Source of the DNA: Octopus vulgaris
Lineage: Eukaryota
Assembly (NCBI GenBank): GCA_951406725.2
Contig: OX597831.1
Span: 20,398,001 to 20,462,000, forward strand
DNA length: 64,000 nucleotides
Direction: 5' to 3'
Both the position numbers and the translations under genes were made by a program. The notes beneath the pieces were generated by a model. The model saw only the letters and a list, made by a program, of their open reading frames with translations. It was not told the DNA's origin and did not search any database. Positions 28,950 to 44,064 of the stretch are shown here, piece by piece. Each line of letters begins with the position of its first letter. Positions within the stretch are counted from its first letter, which is position 1.

Positions 28950-29712
28950 CCAGTGTAACCACCCCTGCTCTACATAGGCCGGTGTAACCTCTGCGTCTCT
29001 GGGAGGCCTGCGACAAGTTACACAGTGCGAACTTGGCGTTCCAAAGTCTTGGTCGGCAACCAAGTTAGATCTTGTGTTGTATTTGGGTAACCCTTTACAT
29101 GAAAATCGCAAATAAACACACCCGACGAGCAAATCCTGTAAAAAAATCATTCTCATTCTTTGCAATGATGACGATTTCAAACCCAAATAACGGCATGAAC
29201 GGGAAGACTCCCCTGGATGCCCAAGACACCAACCTCCCGCGATCGGCAGGGGCCCCTCAGAGAGCAATGGAGTGGAAGACCAGACTCCACCCGGTCGTTG
29301 TCCTTTTACTGGTCAAAATATGCAACGTGCTCGCATATTTAAGTTGTCTGTCGATATGAACAAGCCTTACTAGACATGATCAATGGAAAATGTAAAGCTG
29401 TCTGAAAAAGATCAAGGAACTTTGGAACCTTCTGGGTATGTTCAAGATTACTGAAAATGGGCTCATGAATCAGATGAGAATAGTTCGGAATGGAGGCTTT
29501 CTTAATGAAGCCGAGATTCAGACAATCAGGAAAAGCCTCCATAGTGATGATAACTTCAAGGAGGATGTCCCCATTGTCACCGAAGCATTGGGTTTAATAC
29601 CATCCAAACCGAAGAAACATCTGGAAACTTTAGAAATACCCTATAATCTAGGTATTGCAAAAATCGGCATTACTTGGAACAGTACGCATATTGCGTAAAG
29701 TACTGTCTGAGG
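28950..29712 (+). mobile_element. R4/Dong-like LINE fragments (putative 5' region, N-terminal piece, endonuclease C-terminal piece)
   Basis: TENGLMNQMRIVRNGGFLNEAEIQTI; VPIVTEALGLIP...QKSALLGT..ILRKVL. Confidence 0.6.
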
Positions 29713-29769
29713 TCTTTATTGTGACTTGACAGACAGTACAAGCCCCCTGCAGACACAGGTGGGAAACTA

Positions 29770-30038
29770 CCACCTGTGTCATCTCTTGTGAAAGGTAGGA
29801 GAGTCCAGTTTGCTGGACATTGTTGTAGAGCTGAAAAAGAGATAATTTCTACTCTTCTCCTCTGGAAGCCATCTACTCGCAGTACCAGAGGGCGCACACT
29901 CTCCTACCTTGATGTAATCTCCAGGGATACAGGCATCCAGCAACAGGACCTCCGTAATGCCATGATGGACCGTGAAGTCTGGCGTAGCATAGTAAATTCC
30001 ATTGTCTCGACCACAGTCGAACAATGATGATGATGATG
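29770..30038 (+). mobile_element. RTE-clade LINE 3' end
   Basis: RRVQFAGHCCRA...NAMMDREVWRSIV followed by a (TGA)n tail. Confidence 0.8.
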
Positions 30039-30281
30039 CAGACACAATATCTTCAATCAACAACATTACGATATTGGATACTTTGCGACGTCTTAAATAT
30101 TAATAATAATAATAATAATAAAGCACAAAGACAAGACAACTTCATACACAGTAACAAAACAGACAAAGAAATATCTAAGTGAATTCCAAATACAACAAAT
30201 CCCAGAATTAGACGTACTGGAAACAAACACAGAAAAAGCTAAGCGTGTGAAAACCCGTGCGAAAACTGCTACCTTAGATAT

Positions 30282-30665
30282 ATGTGGAGGCACAATGGCC
30301 CAGTGATTAGGGCAGCGGACTCGTGGTCGTAGGATCGCGGTTTCGATTCCCAGACCGGGCGTTGTGAGTGTTTATTGAGCGAAAACGCCTAAAGCTCCAC
30401 GAGGCTCCGGCAGGGATGGTGGTGATCCCTGCTGTACTCTTTCACCACAACTTTCTCTCACTCTTACTTCCTGTTTCTGTTGTACCTGTATTTCAAAGGG
30501 CCGGCCTTGTCACTCTCTGTGTCACGCTGAAAATCCCCGAGAAATACGTTAAGGGTACACGTGTCTGTGGAGTGCTCAGCCACTTACACGTTAATTTCAC
30601 GAGCAGGCTGTTCCGTTGATCGGATCAACCGGAACCCTCGTCGTCGTAACTGACGGAGTGCTTCC
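30282..30665 (+). mobile_element. SINE family C, full length with 11-bp TSD
   Basis: A-box TGGCCCAGTG, B-box GGTTTCGATTCCC; TSD ACCTTAGATAT at 30271-81 and 30666-76. Confidence 0.92.
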
Positions 30666-30679
30666 ACCTTAGATATTCT

Positions 30680-31535
30680 TACTGATAAATGGCAAGAAAG
30701 ACTTCTCAATGGCAAATACCCAAAGAGAGCTAATGATGCCGATGTTGAAGTTCTGGCTTAAAATCAGATACAGAAGGAATTGGCTGATGAAAGGAACTCT
30801 TAAAAAAACGAGACCAAGAGCACTCTACTGGCAGCGCATGGCCAAGCTTTGGCAATGAAATGGAGGGTCAACCTTAAAAATGAGCAAGTGTCTCCGCTGT
30901 GTCGCATCTGCAATAGAGTGGATGAAACCATTGCCCACATCACGAACGAATGTTCTAGGCGCCACGACCAGGTAGCGAAAGTGCTACATTGGAAACTGTG
31001 TGAAACGTGGGGGCTATAGAGAGGCAAGACGTGGTATGAGCCCGAACCGCAGAGAGTGGTGGAGTGGGAGACTAGCAAAATCCTCTAGGATTTCCCAATC
31101 CACACAGATCAGGTTTTAGAGCATAACAGACGGGGCCTAGTGGTGGTGGACAAAGTGCACCACATATGCTATATAGTTGATATTGCATGCCCCTTTGACC
31201 TACGAATAATCAAGAAGGAAGGCGAAAAGATAGATAGATACAACATTCTTAAGTACAAAATATCCCAGCTATGGAATATTAGTACCAGTTAGTACCAATT
31301 ATTGTTGTGTCCTTGGGAACAGTATCAGAAGGCATCAAGAGGAATATAAAGGAAATTGGAATAGACTGCCCAGCAGAACTGTCACAAAATATTTGCCTCA
31401 TTGGTACGGCCAGAATAATCAGGAAAATGTTAGATGGCTGAAAAGAACGAATAGTATGGTACCGTAGTCTGCAGGTAGTATGCCCGCTACGCACGCAAGA
31501 CTCTAAGAGCTCTAACAAAACCTGTAATAAAGAGA
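30680..31535 (+). mobile_element. R4/Dong LINE 3' fragments (CCHC plus restriction-like endonuclease)
   Basis: CRIC..VDETIAHITNEC, RHDQVAKVLHWKLC, DFPIHTD, IVDIACPFD; ends in (AAT)n. Confidence 0.85.
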
Positions 31536-32295
31536 AAATAATAATAATGATAATAATAATTACTATTATTATAAACATTATTTCAAAGAACTTTAATTGT
31601 TTTTCCCATTGATGCTGCCAAATAATCTTAACAGCTCTTCTTGTTTAAATCAAAGCAGTTAGCAATTTACGCTTTCGGGCTTCTATATTAATTAATATGT
31701 AGAAATTAATCTTGTCGAAAAATAACTAAAAAAAACGTGGTAGACAATCTAATGTAATTTTATATATTTAAGTAACGAACATTTTTATAGTTTGAAGATA
31801 TACAATCGCACTACGGCTCCAAACTCGACATTCATAAAATAATTGCGTGATAATATTAGCACTATTATATAATATCAAGTGTTTATATCTTAAATAGTAA
31901 TTCTAATTTTAAATATAATTTTACTAAGGCGCCATGCTGTGATCATGTTTCTTTGGCGAATACTTTAGATTAGTTATCCATTTCGAAATTGATTGTAAGA
32001 AAATACCGAGAATTTTAACAGCCATTTGTTTTTTGGTGGCATAAATAAATGGTTAAATATATTTTATTACATTGATAATTGATTGACTGCGTTGGGGAAA
32101 TGAAAAAAGAGCTGCGTCTTTTAGGAGGATCAAATTGTTTGTCTTCGCTCATTTTACTGGAATTGATAAGAGTTGTACAAAATTTTTATTTTTAATTTTA
32201 ACCTGTTTCTTTAATAGCCACAAAGGCTGAAAAATATTTAGGACAATACAAAAAGACAAAAGAATGGTGATGATTTACATAAAAGCTTATATAAC

Positions 32296-32384
<89 letters not shown>

Positions 32385-32386
<2 letters not shown>

Positions 32387-32855
32387 GTATAAAAGATGGG
32401 CTACAGCAAATATTCTGCTCAATACCACAGATTTGCTTGTCAGTTGTTTGACCTTAACCAGTTGAGCATGTCCCTTAGTGGCTGACGATATGTGCATCTC
32501 TGATCACGAGCAGAAGTAGTGGGGGAGCATCATAGCCATGTGTTGAGAGGGATTCTTTGGGGTTTGAATGATTTACCTCTGGAAACATGGGTGGTTCTTT
32601 CAACATCCTTAAACAACCCTTATTCAGGGACCTTTTGAGTGGGATGGGCTACTCAACCTGAAGAAAATTCTAACTGGGCCCCACCTGCAAGGTCATGTGC
32701 TGTTTATCTTGATATGAGATCACCATGTCGCGCACATATGGTTGTGATGCATGTGCCTGGTGTACCTTTATCAGACGGGTAGTCATGATGGGTATAGTGG
32801 GCTTCGTATATTTTACCCCAGTGTCACTTTGATAGCATGCACTGCTCTCTCATTC

Positions 32856-32856
<1 letters not shown>
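32385..32856 (+). mobile_element. (AAT)n-embedded non-autonomous element (family E)
   Basis: Near-identical to 33851, 43454, 44065 and 56876; (AAT)n on both sides. Confidence 0.9.
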
Positions 32857-32908
<52 letters not shown>

Positions 32909-33169
32909 CAACAACAACAATAATAACAATAATAATAAGGATAATAATAATAATGATTTCATTTATTTGCCACGAGGGTGAAAGATGAGAGGGACAATAC
33001 AGAGACAGGCATAAAGTGTGAGAAGCTTACATATAATAACGAAATGACAAAAAACAGTGTATACGCGGCATACATTGGGAAACAGGAGACATATGCACAG
33101 CATACAGAGGTACAAAAAGAAAATCAAAAATAATATTGGTAATGATAATGATTTCAAATTTTTACCCAA

Positions 33170-33560
33170 GCTCAGGAGTGGCTTTATGGTAAGTAGCTTG
33201 CTTAACAACCACATAGTTCCGGGTTCAGTCCCACTGCGTGGCACCTTGGGAAAGTGTCTTCTACTATAGCCTCGGGCCGACCAAAGCCTTGTGAGTGGAT
33301 TTGGTAGACGGAAACTGAAAGAAGCCTGTCGTATATATGTATGTGTGTGTATATATTTGTGCATCTGTGTTTGTCCCTCCAACATCGCTTGACAACCGAT
33401 GGTGGTGTGTTTATTTCCCCGTAACTGAGCGGTTCGACAAAAAAGACCGACAGAATAAGTACTAGGCTTCCAAAGAATAAGTCTTGGGGTCGATTTGCTC
33501 GGCTAAAGGCGGAGCTCCAGCATGGCCGCAGTCAAATGACTGAAACAAGTAAAAGAGTAA
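33170..33560 (+). mobile_element. SINE family A
   Basis: Match to family A. Confidence 0.88.
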
Positions 33561-33850
33561 GGGCAGCTTTGGAGAGGGGATTAAGTCGATTACATCTGGT
33601 ACTTATTTAATCGACTACGAAAGGATGAAAGGCAACGTCGACCTCGGTGGAATTTGAACTCAGAACGTAGCAGCAGACGAAATATCGTTGAGCATTTCTC
33701 CCGGCGTGCTAACGATTATGCCAACCCGGCACCTTTAACAACAACAACACCACCACCACCACCACCACCACCACCACCACCACCACCACCACCACCACCA
33801 CCACCACCACCACCACCACAAACAACAACAACAACAACAACGATAATAAT

Positions 33851-34193
33851 GATCACGAGCAGATGTAGGGGGGAGCATCATAGTCCTGCATTGAGAGGAA
33901 TTCGTTGGGGTTTGGATAATTCACCTTTGGAAACACGGGTGTTTTGTTCAACATCCTTAAACAGCCCTTATTTAGGGACCTTTTGAGCGGGATGGGCTAC
34001 TCGACCTGAAGAAAATTCTAACCGGGCCCCCACCTGCAAGGCCATGCACTGTTCATCTTGATATGAGATCACTCTGTTGCACACATAGTTGTGATGCATG
34101 TGCCTGGTGTACTCTTATCAGGTGGATAGTCATGATGGGCTTCATACATTTTATCTCAGTATCACTTTGATGACATGCACTGCTCTCTCACTC

Positions 34194-34194
<1 letters not shown>
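33851..34194 (+). mobile_element. Family E element, 5'-truncated
   Basis: Same 3' end CTCTCACTCA(ATA)n. Confidence 0.85.
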
Positions 34195-34228
<34 letters not shown>

Positions 34229-34235
34229 TAATAAT

Positions 34236-36215
34236 GACTGAAGTAACAGAATACCTTTACCAAAAAATGAAGACACAAAAATGCCAAAGAACTACCGATT
34301 AGTAACATGTCTCAACACCACCTACAAGATCCTCATATCCATACTGACAGAATATACGTTTCCCTTGAACAGAAGTCTATCTTTTCATAAGCTCAAAAAG
34401 GCTGTAAAAGGAATTCTCATGAGTACAAAGCCAATTACTTATAAGTAAAATGATTGTAGAGAATTATCGGAGCAAAACGAAAAACCCGAGTATGGCATGG
34501 ATAAACATCAGGAAAGCGTTTTATATTGTCCCACATAATTGGCTGCTCAACGCCCTTGAGATATATAAGATCTCTCCTGTCGTTTCTTCAAATTCTTAAA
34601 AGGTAGCAAGTGGAACACTTAAAACGTGGCCAAGTGGAACACACGTCTCCTTCTAAATCATAATAATGGGATGAGCCAATCTAACAACGTCAACATGAAA
34701 CGAGGCATCTTTCAAGGTGACACCCTCTCCGCATTACTCTTTTGCATGGCACTGATCCTACTCTCAAACGAACAAGAAGATGGTATACAACATGCTAGTA
34801 TGAAGGAAAAATTAAGAAAGGAGTGTTATAGGAGAGTAAGACTCATGCTAAAAGCTGAACTCAACGCGAAAAATCGCATCGAAGCCATTAACATCCTGAC
34901 ACTTCCAGTAGCCCAATATAGTTTTGACATCATTAGTTGGAATCTTATAGAGCTCCAACGCCTGGACAGGAAGACAAAAAAAAAACTACTAACATCTAAG
35001 AACATACACCACCCAAAAGCAGACGTTGATCGTCTGTACCTACCTAGAAGTAACGGAGAAAGAGGAATGACGCAGGCAGAACTGTGCTATAAAACCTCCA
35101 CAATAGCAATGAATAGGTACTTATCTAGTACAGAGGGCTAGACGCTTGTGTGCAAACACGAAAGCAGCGAAAAATCACATTCTATTGTCAAGGAAACTTG
35201 CAAATTCGCAAGGGAACTTGGCATTAACCCTGAAATAGTTGAAGAACTTGAAACCACTGTCACAAAACAAGCAAAACGGATCAAGCAGACTTTAAAAAAG
35301 AACGGGCAGAAATAAATTGAGGAGCGGTGGAGCCAGAAGCCTCTGCATGGACAGTATATACTTCGAAGTCGAAATGCTGATGTAGATCAAGAAACAACCC
35401 ATCAGTAGTTTAGAAGTTCAGGACTGAAAGCAGAGAGTGACGGTTTTATATTGGTGGCACAAGATCAAAGATTGCTTACAAAAAAACTACCAGGCTAACG
35501 TTCTTCAAAACGGTTCTGACCCTAAATGCAGATTCTGCGACACATTTGACGAAGCAATAGACAATCTCGTCTCGAGATGTCCGGTGCTGACACCAAACGA
35601 ATAGGAAAATCGTCACTATAGGGTAGGACAGTATTTACAAAGGAAAATATGTAAACATTACAAAATCAGCACTCCTTCTTACTGGTATGAACATCATCCT
35701 GAGCCAGTCGTTGAAGGTTAAAATGCCACTATACTCAGGGATTTTCCAGGCAACACTGACAGAACGATCCAGGCTAATCGACCACAAATGATTATTAAAG
35801 ACAGGGAAGAAAATACTTGTAGACTAATAGATGTAAGTGTTCCAACTGATGAAAATATATCTGTAAAGGAATTTGACAAATTAAATATATATAAGGACTT
35901 GGAAACTGAAATACAAAAGTAGTGACATCTTAAAGCGAGAACTGTTCCTGTTATTGTAGGTGACATAGGTATGATAAAAAAAGAGATGTCAGAAACATCT
36001 AGATAAGATCCCGGGAGAACCATGTCTCGGAGAAAGCCAAAAGATTGTACTGAGCTGACAAGTACTGCCCATATCCTTAGAAAAGCCCTTTCCATTTAGA
36101 TGCATGTGTTGTATTAAATGAAGATATTTCGCTACGTTTCGTATCCTTCACTCACCCCACGACGCTAGGTGTGCCTCGGCAAGTGATTGTAACAAACATG
36201 CAGATTAAAAGTAAA

Positions 36216-36217
<2 letters not shown>
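34236..36217 (+). pseudogene. R4/Dong-clade non-LTR retrotransposon, 5'-truncated and internally deleted
   Basis: NYR..TCLNTTYK; RGIFQGDTLS; HHPKADVDRLYLPR; PLHGQY; AQDQ; CRFC; ANRP; IDVSVP; 3' (AAT)n. The RT YxDD region is missing and there are many stops. Confidence 0.92.
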
Positions 36218-36293
<76 letters not shown>

Positions 36294-37050
36294 CAACAAC
36301 AAAAACAGCACCAACAACGAGGATGATGGTGATGATGATGATGATGACGATGATGATGACGACGACGACGACGATGATGATGATGATGATAATGATGATA
36401 AATGATGTTGATAAACACTGCCTGTCCTTCTGTGCGGTGGACGAGGCTGAAATGATTGAGGAAAGGCATTTTCCTCTTCGGTCAAGTCTTCATCAACTTT
36501 TTCAAGTTGGAAAGGAAAGTGAGGACGAAGAGGGAGTTGCGACCTCCCAGTGAATTTGTGAAAAGATGAGTGACTGTGTCAAAAATGGTTTGAAACGAAT
36601 GTCCATACTCTAAGCATGCACCTGTAGATTGGAGAACAGCACTTGGGTGAGGACTCAGGCCTTTTGGGGTCAGGGTAATCCTGGATCCGTTGGAGTTCCT
36701 TGACTGACACTAGTAGGAGTTTCTCCTGTAAGAGGAGGACTGCATCGTTCAAGTTATCACATACTTTGTACACTATGTATACTTTTATTACGTTTCTCCC
36801 ATCTATTCCCTTATCCTTTATGTAAGCACCTCACAAATTGTAAACTCTTTGTGATATCCATCTCATTTATGCCCCTTTGGTAAATAAAAGAACTCATCAG
36901 CATATTAACCACCACCACGACAACGACCACAACCACCACCAACATCAACAACAATTGTTATTGGTATTGTTATTTGGAATTTTTAATGAATCTGGTTATT
37001 TTATACTTGCTTACTTTTTGTTTATGACAGTCCGTCAAAGGTTATGAACA

Positions 37051-37395
37051 TGCGTGGCATCTTGGGCAAGTGTCTTCTGCTATATCCCCGGGCCGACCAA
37101 TGCCTTGTGAGTGGATTTGGTAGATGGAAACTGAAAGAAGCCTGTCGTATATATGTATATATATATATGTATGTGTGTGTGTGTTTGTGTGTCTGTGTTT
37201 GTCCCCCTAGCATTGCTTGACAACCGATGCTGGTGTGTTTACGTCCCTGTCACTTAGCGGTTCGGTAAAAGAGACCGATAAAATAAGTACTGGGCTTACA
37301 AAGAATAAGTCCCGGGGTCGAGTTGCTCGACTAAAGGCGGTGCTCCAGCATGGCTGCAGTCAAATGACTGAAACAAGTAAAAGAGTAAAAAGAGT
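37051..37395 (+). mobile_element. SINE family A, 5'-truncated
   Basis: Match to family A. Confidence 0.88.
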
Positions 37396-38490
37396 ATGTC
37401 GATCCTGAGCATTCATCCTCCTCCGCCTCCAACACGTTGTTTCTCATGGGAGTAGACGTGGCTGACAAAATAGGCAGATCCTTTAGCAATTGAGGGCACT
37501 GAAAATGATCCCGAACAACAGCCGAAGTGGAGTCGATGACGATGTCTCATCCTCTCTTCATGCAGTATCAAATTCAAAGCCCTCTGCTCAAGCATCAAAA
37601 CACACACACACACTTCCCTATTTTCACAATATTCGTGTAGTAATAATAAAATCAGAAGTTTGATTCATTCAAAATCCGAATTGTAATTTTGGTAAAATAT
37701 TTCTTTTCGTTTAAAGATAATCGTTATTTTTACTAACATTTTAGATCGAATAATTGATAAACCTAAGAGATCAATATAATCTGATCGAACGGCAGTTATC
37801 TTTAGGAGTTTTCATTGTGGTATTATTAATGTCGCATGAAACGTATCCATATTTCTGGATATTGTTGAAATTTAATTATTATATTAGATAAATTTATTAC
37901 TGTTTCTTTTATTACACTCAGTGATTTATTAATAATAATGGAAATTGATATTTCATCTGGGATTACAGCAGATTCTTCTTTATAATTCATCCTTAATAAT
38001 ACTGGGTAGTTGGGTTAGGGGAAGACGCTTACATTTAAATGGAATACAGTAAATTCTCTTCTATATTTATATTTGGTTATTTAATAGAATAATTGCCAAA
38101 AACCAATACAAAATGGGGGAAAAATTCCAAAACAAGAATATTTCTGCAAATAGGGGTAGGCATGGATGTATGGTTAAGAAGGACGGTTTGCAACTATATG
38201 ATTTCAGGTTCAGTCCCATTACGCGGCACTTTGGGCAAGTGTCTTCTACAATAGCAAAGGGATGACCAATGTCACATGAGTGAATTTGGTAGATATGAGT
38301 GAATTTGCATGGAAGCTCGTCGTATAGGTATATATATGTATTAAAGATTGTTTTTATGTTCATTTATAATAAAAACAATTTTGCATTAATCTGATGGGTT
38401 ACTCTATACTTTTATATAGTACAAAATTATTATTCTCATATAAGAATGTTGACAGTGATTTCGAAGATTCAGCCAGCTAAGCTATTATCG

Positions 38491-38537
38491 GGCAGTCCGA
38501 TGATGGCTTAGCTGATCGAAACTTCGAAGTCACTGTC
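38491..38537 (+). ncRNA. Hammerhead-like motif inside an imperfect palindrome
   Basis: Stem I GGCAGT/ACTGTC; CCGATGA; GAAA; palindromic ACTTCGAAGT; GUC triplet; stem II partly mutated. Confidence 0.6.
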
Positions 38538-38980
38538 AATAACATTCTTGTATAAGAATAGTAAATTTATATATATATATATATATAAATATATATATAT
38601 GTATGTATAATTGCAGCATGGAAGATATTTGTAAGCCATTCAAGAAAAGAAATCCGATAGTTTCACTTCAACATTTAATTTTCATTTGTGTCAAAATATT
38701 TTCATCGCTTTGAAACCGCGACCTCTACACTGACAAAACTTGGGGCTGCGTCTGAGAGAGTAACAGTTAGTTTATGATATATATATATATGTGTATGTGT
38801 GTGTGTGTGTGTGTGTGTTTACGTACGTACGTATGCATGTATATATGTATGTATGCATGTACTTGAGCATTTACGCATTTAAATGTGTAAACGTGTCTGT
38901 GTGTGTGCATATGTGTCTGTACATGTAAATGTATGCTTATGTACTGATATGTGTGTCTGCTCAAGTTATATATATATATA

Positions 38981-39063
<83 letters not shown>

Positions 39064-39379
39064 TGATAATAATAATATTAGGGAGTATAACTCAAAACTT
39101 ACAGGGAAAAATTCATATATGTATATATACATATATATATATTCTTTTCACCACCGTCAAAGGGTGAATAGATACAATGTCTTAGATAGATACATGCAAA
39201 TATAAACATACCTATACATATGTACAAGCACACACAATCACATAAACACATACACACACACATATTTATGTATAATCTTACACTATACGCATATATACGT
39301 TTATCCATCTACTCATATATGTATGTCTCTATTTTCACAGACAACGGCAAAACCCAAATACTTTTTTTGTATTTTACAT

Positions 39380-39486
<107 letters not shown>

Positions 39487-39495
39487 TATGTATGT

Positions 39496-39562
<67 letters not shown>

Positions 39563-39636
39563 TATCTCTTCATCGGAGACAGCGTGAGAAAATGGTTAAG
39601 AATTAGTTATATTTATATATATATAAACATGGCTCA

Positions 39637-39975
39637 TGGCGCATGGCTCAGTGGTTAGAGCGTCGAGCTTACGATCGTGAGGTTGTGAGCTCGAATCCCG
39701 GACCGGGCTGCGTGTTGTGTTCTTGAGCAAAACACTTTATTTTCACGTTGCTCCAGTTCACTCAGCTGTAGAAATGAGTTGCGACGTCACAGGTGCCAAG
39801 CTGTATCGACCTTTGTCTTTCCCTTGGATAACACTGGTGGCGTGGAGAGGGGAGGCCGGTATGCATGGGCGACTACTGGTCTTCCATAAAAAAACCTTGC
39901 CCAGACTTGTGCCTCAGAGGGTAACTCTCTGGGTGCAAACCCATGGTCACTCATGACCGAAGGGGGTCTTTACTC

Positions 39976-39978
<3 letters not shown>
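39637..39978 (+). mobile_element. tRNA-derived SINE family D
   Basis: A-box TGGCTCAGTGG, B-box-like GAGCTCGAATCCC, core TTGAGCAAAACACTTTA..CTCAGCTGTA; degenerate relative near 46050-46190. Confidence 0.85.
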
Positions 39979-40037
<59 letters not shown>

Positions 40038-40508
40038 AGTGTGTGTGTATTTATGTGTGAGTGTGTTTGTGTATTTATATGTGTGCATTTGTGTCTATGT
40101 TTGTCCACCACCACCACCACCACCATCGCCTTACAACCGATGCTGGTGTGTTTGCGTCTCCGTAACTTCGCTGTTTGAGAGAAGAACTAATAAAATAAGC
40201 ACTAGGCTTACAGGGAATAAGCCCAGGGGTCGATCTAATCGACTGGCCCTCTCCCCCAAAATTTCTTGCCTTGTGCCTAGAGTAGAAAAGAACTGAGATA
40301 TTTTGGTTTATTATACAGTTATCGGTTTTACACCTCTTTCTATATTCTGTATGTGTCGCAATATAGAAACGTTTCTCATGGTACCAGCACACAATTTACA
40401 GATGTTTACGTAAAATATTTTTAATGTTTCCCGTGAAGTTTACAGAAGTTCGGCTAGTTACTACTACTACTACTACTAATACTACTATTATTATTGTTAT
40501 TATTATTA

Positions 40509-41097
<589 letters not shown>

Positions 41098-41119
41098 ATC
41101 ATCATCATCATCATCATCG

Positions 41120-41150
<31 letters not shown>

Positions 41151-41151
41151 A

Positions 41152-41184
<33 letters not shown>

Positions 41185-41348
41185 TTTATTGGAATTAGGT
41201 ACATTTTTCATTCAATAATTGTCAATAAATATTTGAATTATTTTTTCGTTCTTTGGCTAATTGGATTTTGTTAAATCTGTTAAGAAATGATAATCTTACT
41301 TCTAAATATTTCTTGTACCATCTCTCAAGTCAGGCTTATAAAATCCAT

Positions 41349-41422
<74 letters not shown>

Positions 41423-41479
41423 ACACACACATGTATGTGTATATGTATATACATGTATATCTGTATGTATGTATATATA

Positions 41480-41528
<49 letters not shown>

Positions 41529-42230
41529 GTGTGTGTATGTATGTATATATAGATTCAATTTAATTGATTAAACATCATTAATATTTTCATTAGTTGTGAT
41601 AATTATAATTATAATACTGGAAATAATTACTAACGTGATTTGATCGTAGATCGATTTTTTCACTTTCTACTTTCCCTGTCGTTTACTAAAGAAGAAATTG
41701 ATAAAAAAAAAGGTCCTTAAAGGGGCTAATTTGTGGCATTCTATTGTTCAAACATGCGTTGCTTGGGGGAAATCACACTCTCAGTATAAAATTAAATCAT
41801 ATATACTCAGAGTCTCTAAGAAATATTTCCATTCTTCTTTGCTGTCTTTATTCTTCTATTAACATTATAATATGGATGTTGTGCATTAAAATCAGCTGAA
41901 AATAAAATTATATTTTGGCGTGGAAGTTGATTTTTCAAAGAAATTTTCTAGATTTTATTACCGGTTCTGTACGTTTGGGAGGCAATGAAAGTTTATGAAA
42001 TAAGAAATCTAAATTTCTGATAGAGGTACATGCACGAGCGTGCACACACGCACACACACGTACATATGAACATATATATGTATATATGTATATATATGTA
42101 TACACATACATGCACGTATACACATATATATGTATATATATATGTGTCTGTGTGTGTGTGTATGTACGTCTATATGTATGAATATATATATATATATATA
42201 TACATATACACACATACATACATACATACA

Positions 42231-42266
<36 letters not shown>

Positions 42267-42279
42267 TACATATATATGA

Positions 42280-42566
42280 GTTGTTTGTTCCTTCTCGAGC
42301 TACGCCTGGCTCATCAGGGTCGGTTTCCCGGTTTCCTTGGCGTATAGGTTCCCCCACCTGGACGGGACGCCGGTCCGTCGCAGGTGAGCTGCAAGACGCA
42401 GGAGGAAAGAGTGAGAGAAAGTTATGGGGAAAGAGTGAGCAGAAGTTCGCCATTACCTTCTGTCGGAGCTGTGTGCAGCTTAGGTGTTTCGCTCATAAAT
42501 ACACACATCGCTCGGTTTGAGATTCGAACCCGCTATCCCTCTAACCACTAGGCCATGTACCTCCAC
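42280..42566 (-). mobile_element. SINE related to family C with a V-SINE-like domain
   Basis: Minus-strand head GTGGAGGTACATGGCCTAGTGGTTAG; CCTGCGACGGACCGGCGTCCCGTCCAGG. Confidence 0.75.
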
Positions 42567-42690
42567 CTATATGTATATATATGAGTATTATTTTAATATT
42601 TCACTAAGGCATTGCGATACTAATAAACTCTGTAGAACTCAATATAGGTATGCCTTTGAACGAAGCGTTGAGTATGTATATATATACAAA

Positions 42691-42795
<105 letters not shown>

Positions 42796-42838
42796 ATTTA
42801 AATATATATATATTTATAAGTATTTATATATGTATATG

Positions 42839-42919
<81 letters not shown>

Positions 42920-43137
42920 GTAATCATACATACAGATATTTCTGTGTAAATCCCCACTGCATTTCGTGCTTGTATTGTTAATGTTTTTCACGGTCCTTGC
43001 TTGCAGAGGTCGACATTGTCTTTCATCGTTTCGGGATCGATAAAATAACTGCCAGTCGAGCACTGGGGCTGACGAAATCGATTAGCCCTCTTCCGATATC
43101 TCAGGTCTTGTTCCTATAGTGGAAAGGATTATTACTT

Positions 43138-43345
43138 AGGGCGGTGAACTGGCAGAACAGTTAGCACCTGGGACAAAATTCTTAGGGGAATTTCTTCCGG
43201 CTCACTATGTTCTGAATTCAAATTTCGCTGAGATCGACTTTGCCTTTCATCCTTTCGGAGTCAGTGAATAAATACCAGTTACGTACTGGGATCGATATAA
43301 TCGATTAGGCTCTCCTCAAAATTTCAGGCCTTGTGAGCTTTTAGA
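43138..43345 (+). mobile_element. SINE family B (diverged)
   Basis: Match to family B. Confidence 0.75.
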
Positions 43346-43348
43346 AGC

Positions 43349-43435
<87 letters not shown>

Positions 43436-43453
43436 CATTATTATTATTATTAT

Positions 43454-43904
43454 TGAGTGAGCGAGCAGAGCATGCCATCAAAGTGACACTGGGGTAAAAT
43501 ATACGAAGCCCAGTATACCCATCATGACTACCCGTCTGATAAGGGTACACCAGGCACATGCATCACAACCATATGTGCGCGACATGGTGATCTCATATCA
43601 AGATAAACAGCACATGACCTTGCAGGTGGCGCCCAGTTAGAATTTTCTTCAGATCGAGTAACCCATCCCGCTCAAAAGTCCCTGAATAAGGGTTGTTTAA
43701 GGACGTTGAACGAAACACCCATGTTTCCAGAGGTGAATTATTCAAACTCCAAAGAATCCTTCTCAACACACGGCTATGATGCTCCCCCACTACTTCTGCT
43801 CGTGATCAGAGATGCACATATCGTCAGCCACTAAGGGACATGCTCAACTGGTTAAGGTCAAACAACTGACAAGCAAATCTGTGGTATTGAGCAGAATATT
43901 TGCT

Positions 43905-43907
<3 letters not shown>
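43454..43907 (-). mobile_element. Family E element, 5'-truncated
   Basis: Reverse match; (TTA)n flanks. Confidence 0.9.
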
Positions 43908-44002
<95 letters not shown>

Positions 44003-44006
44003 GTTA

Positions 44007-44064
<58 letters not shown>

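Noticed and set aside
30282-30360. tRNA gene (also 17571, 39637, 48346)
   Set aside because: A and B boxes are present, but these are SINE heads continuing into SINE bodies with TSD or tail
34626-35141. Intact reverse transcriptase gene
   Set aside because: Fragment of a Dong/R4 copy lacking the catalytic YxDD region, with flanking stops and frameshifts
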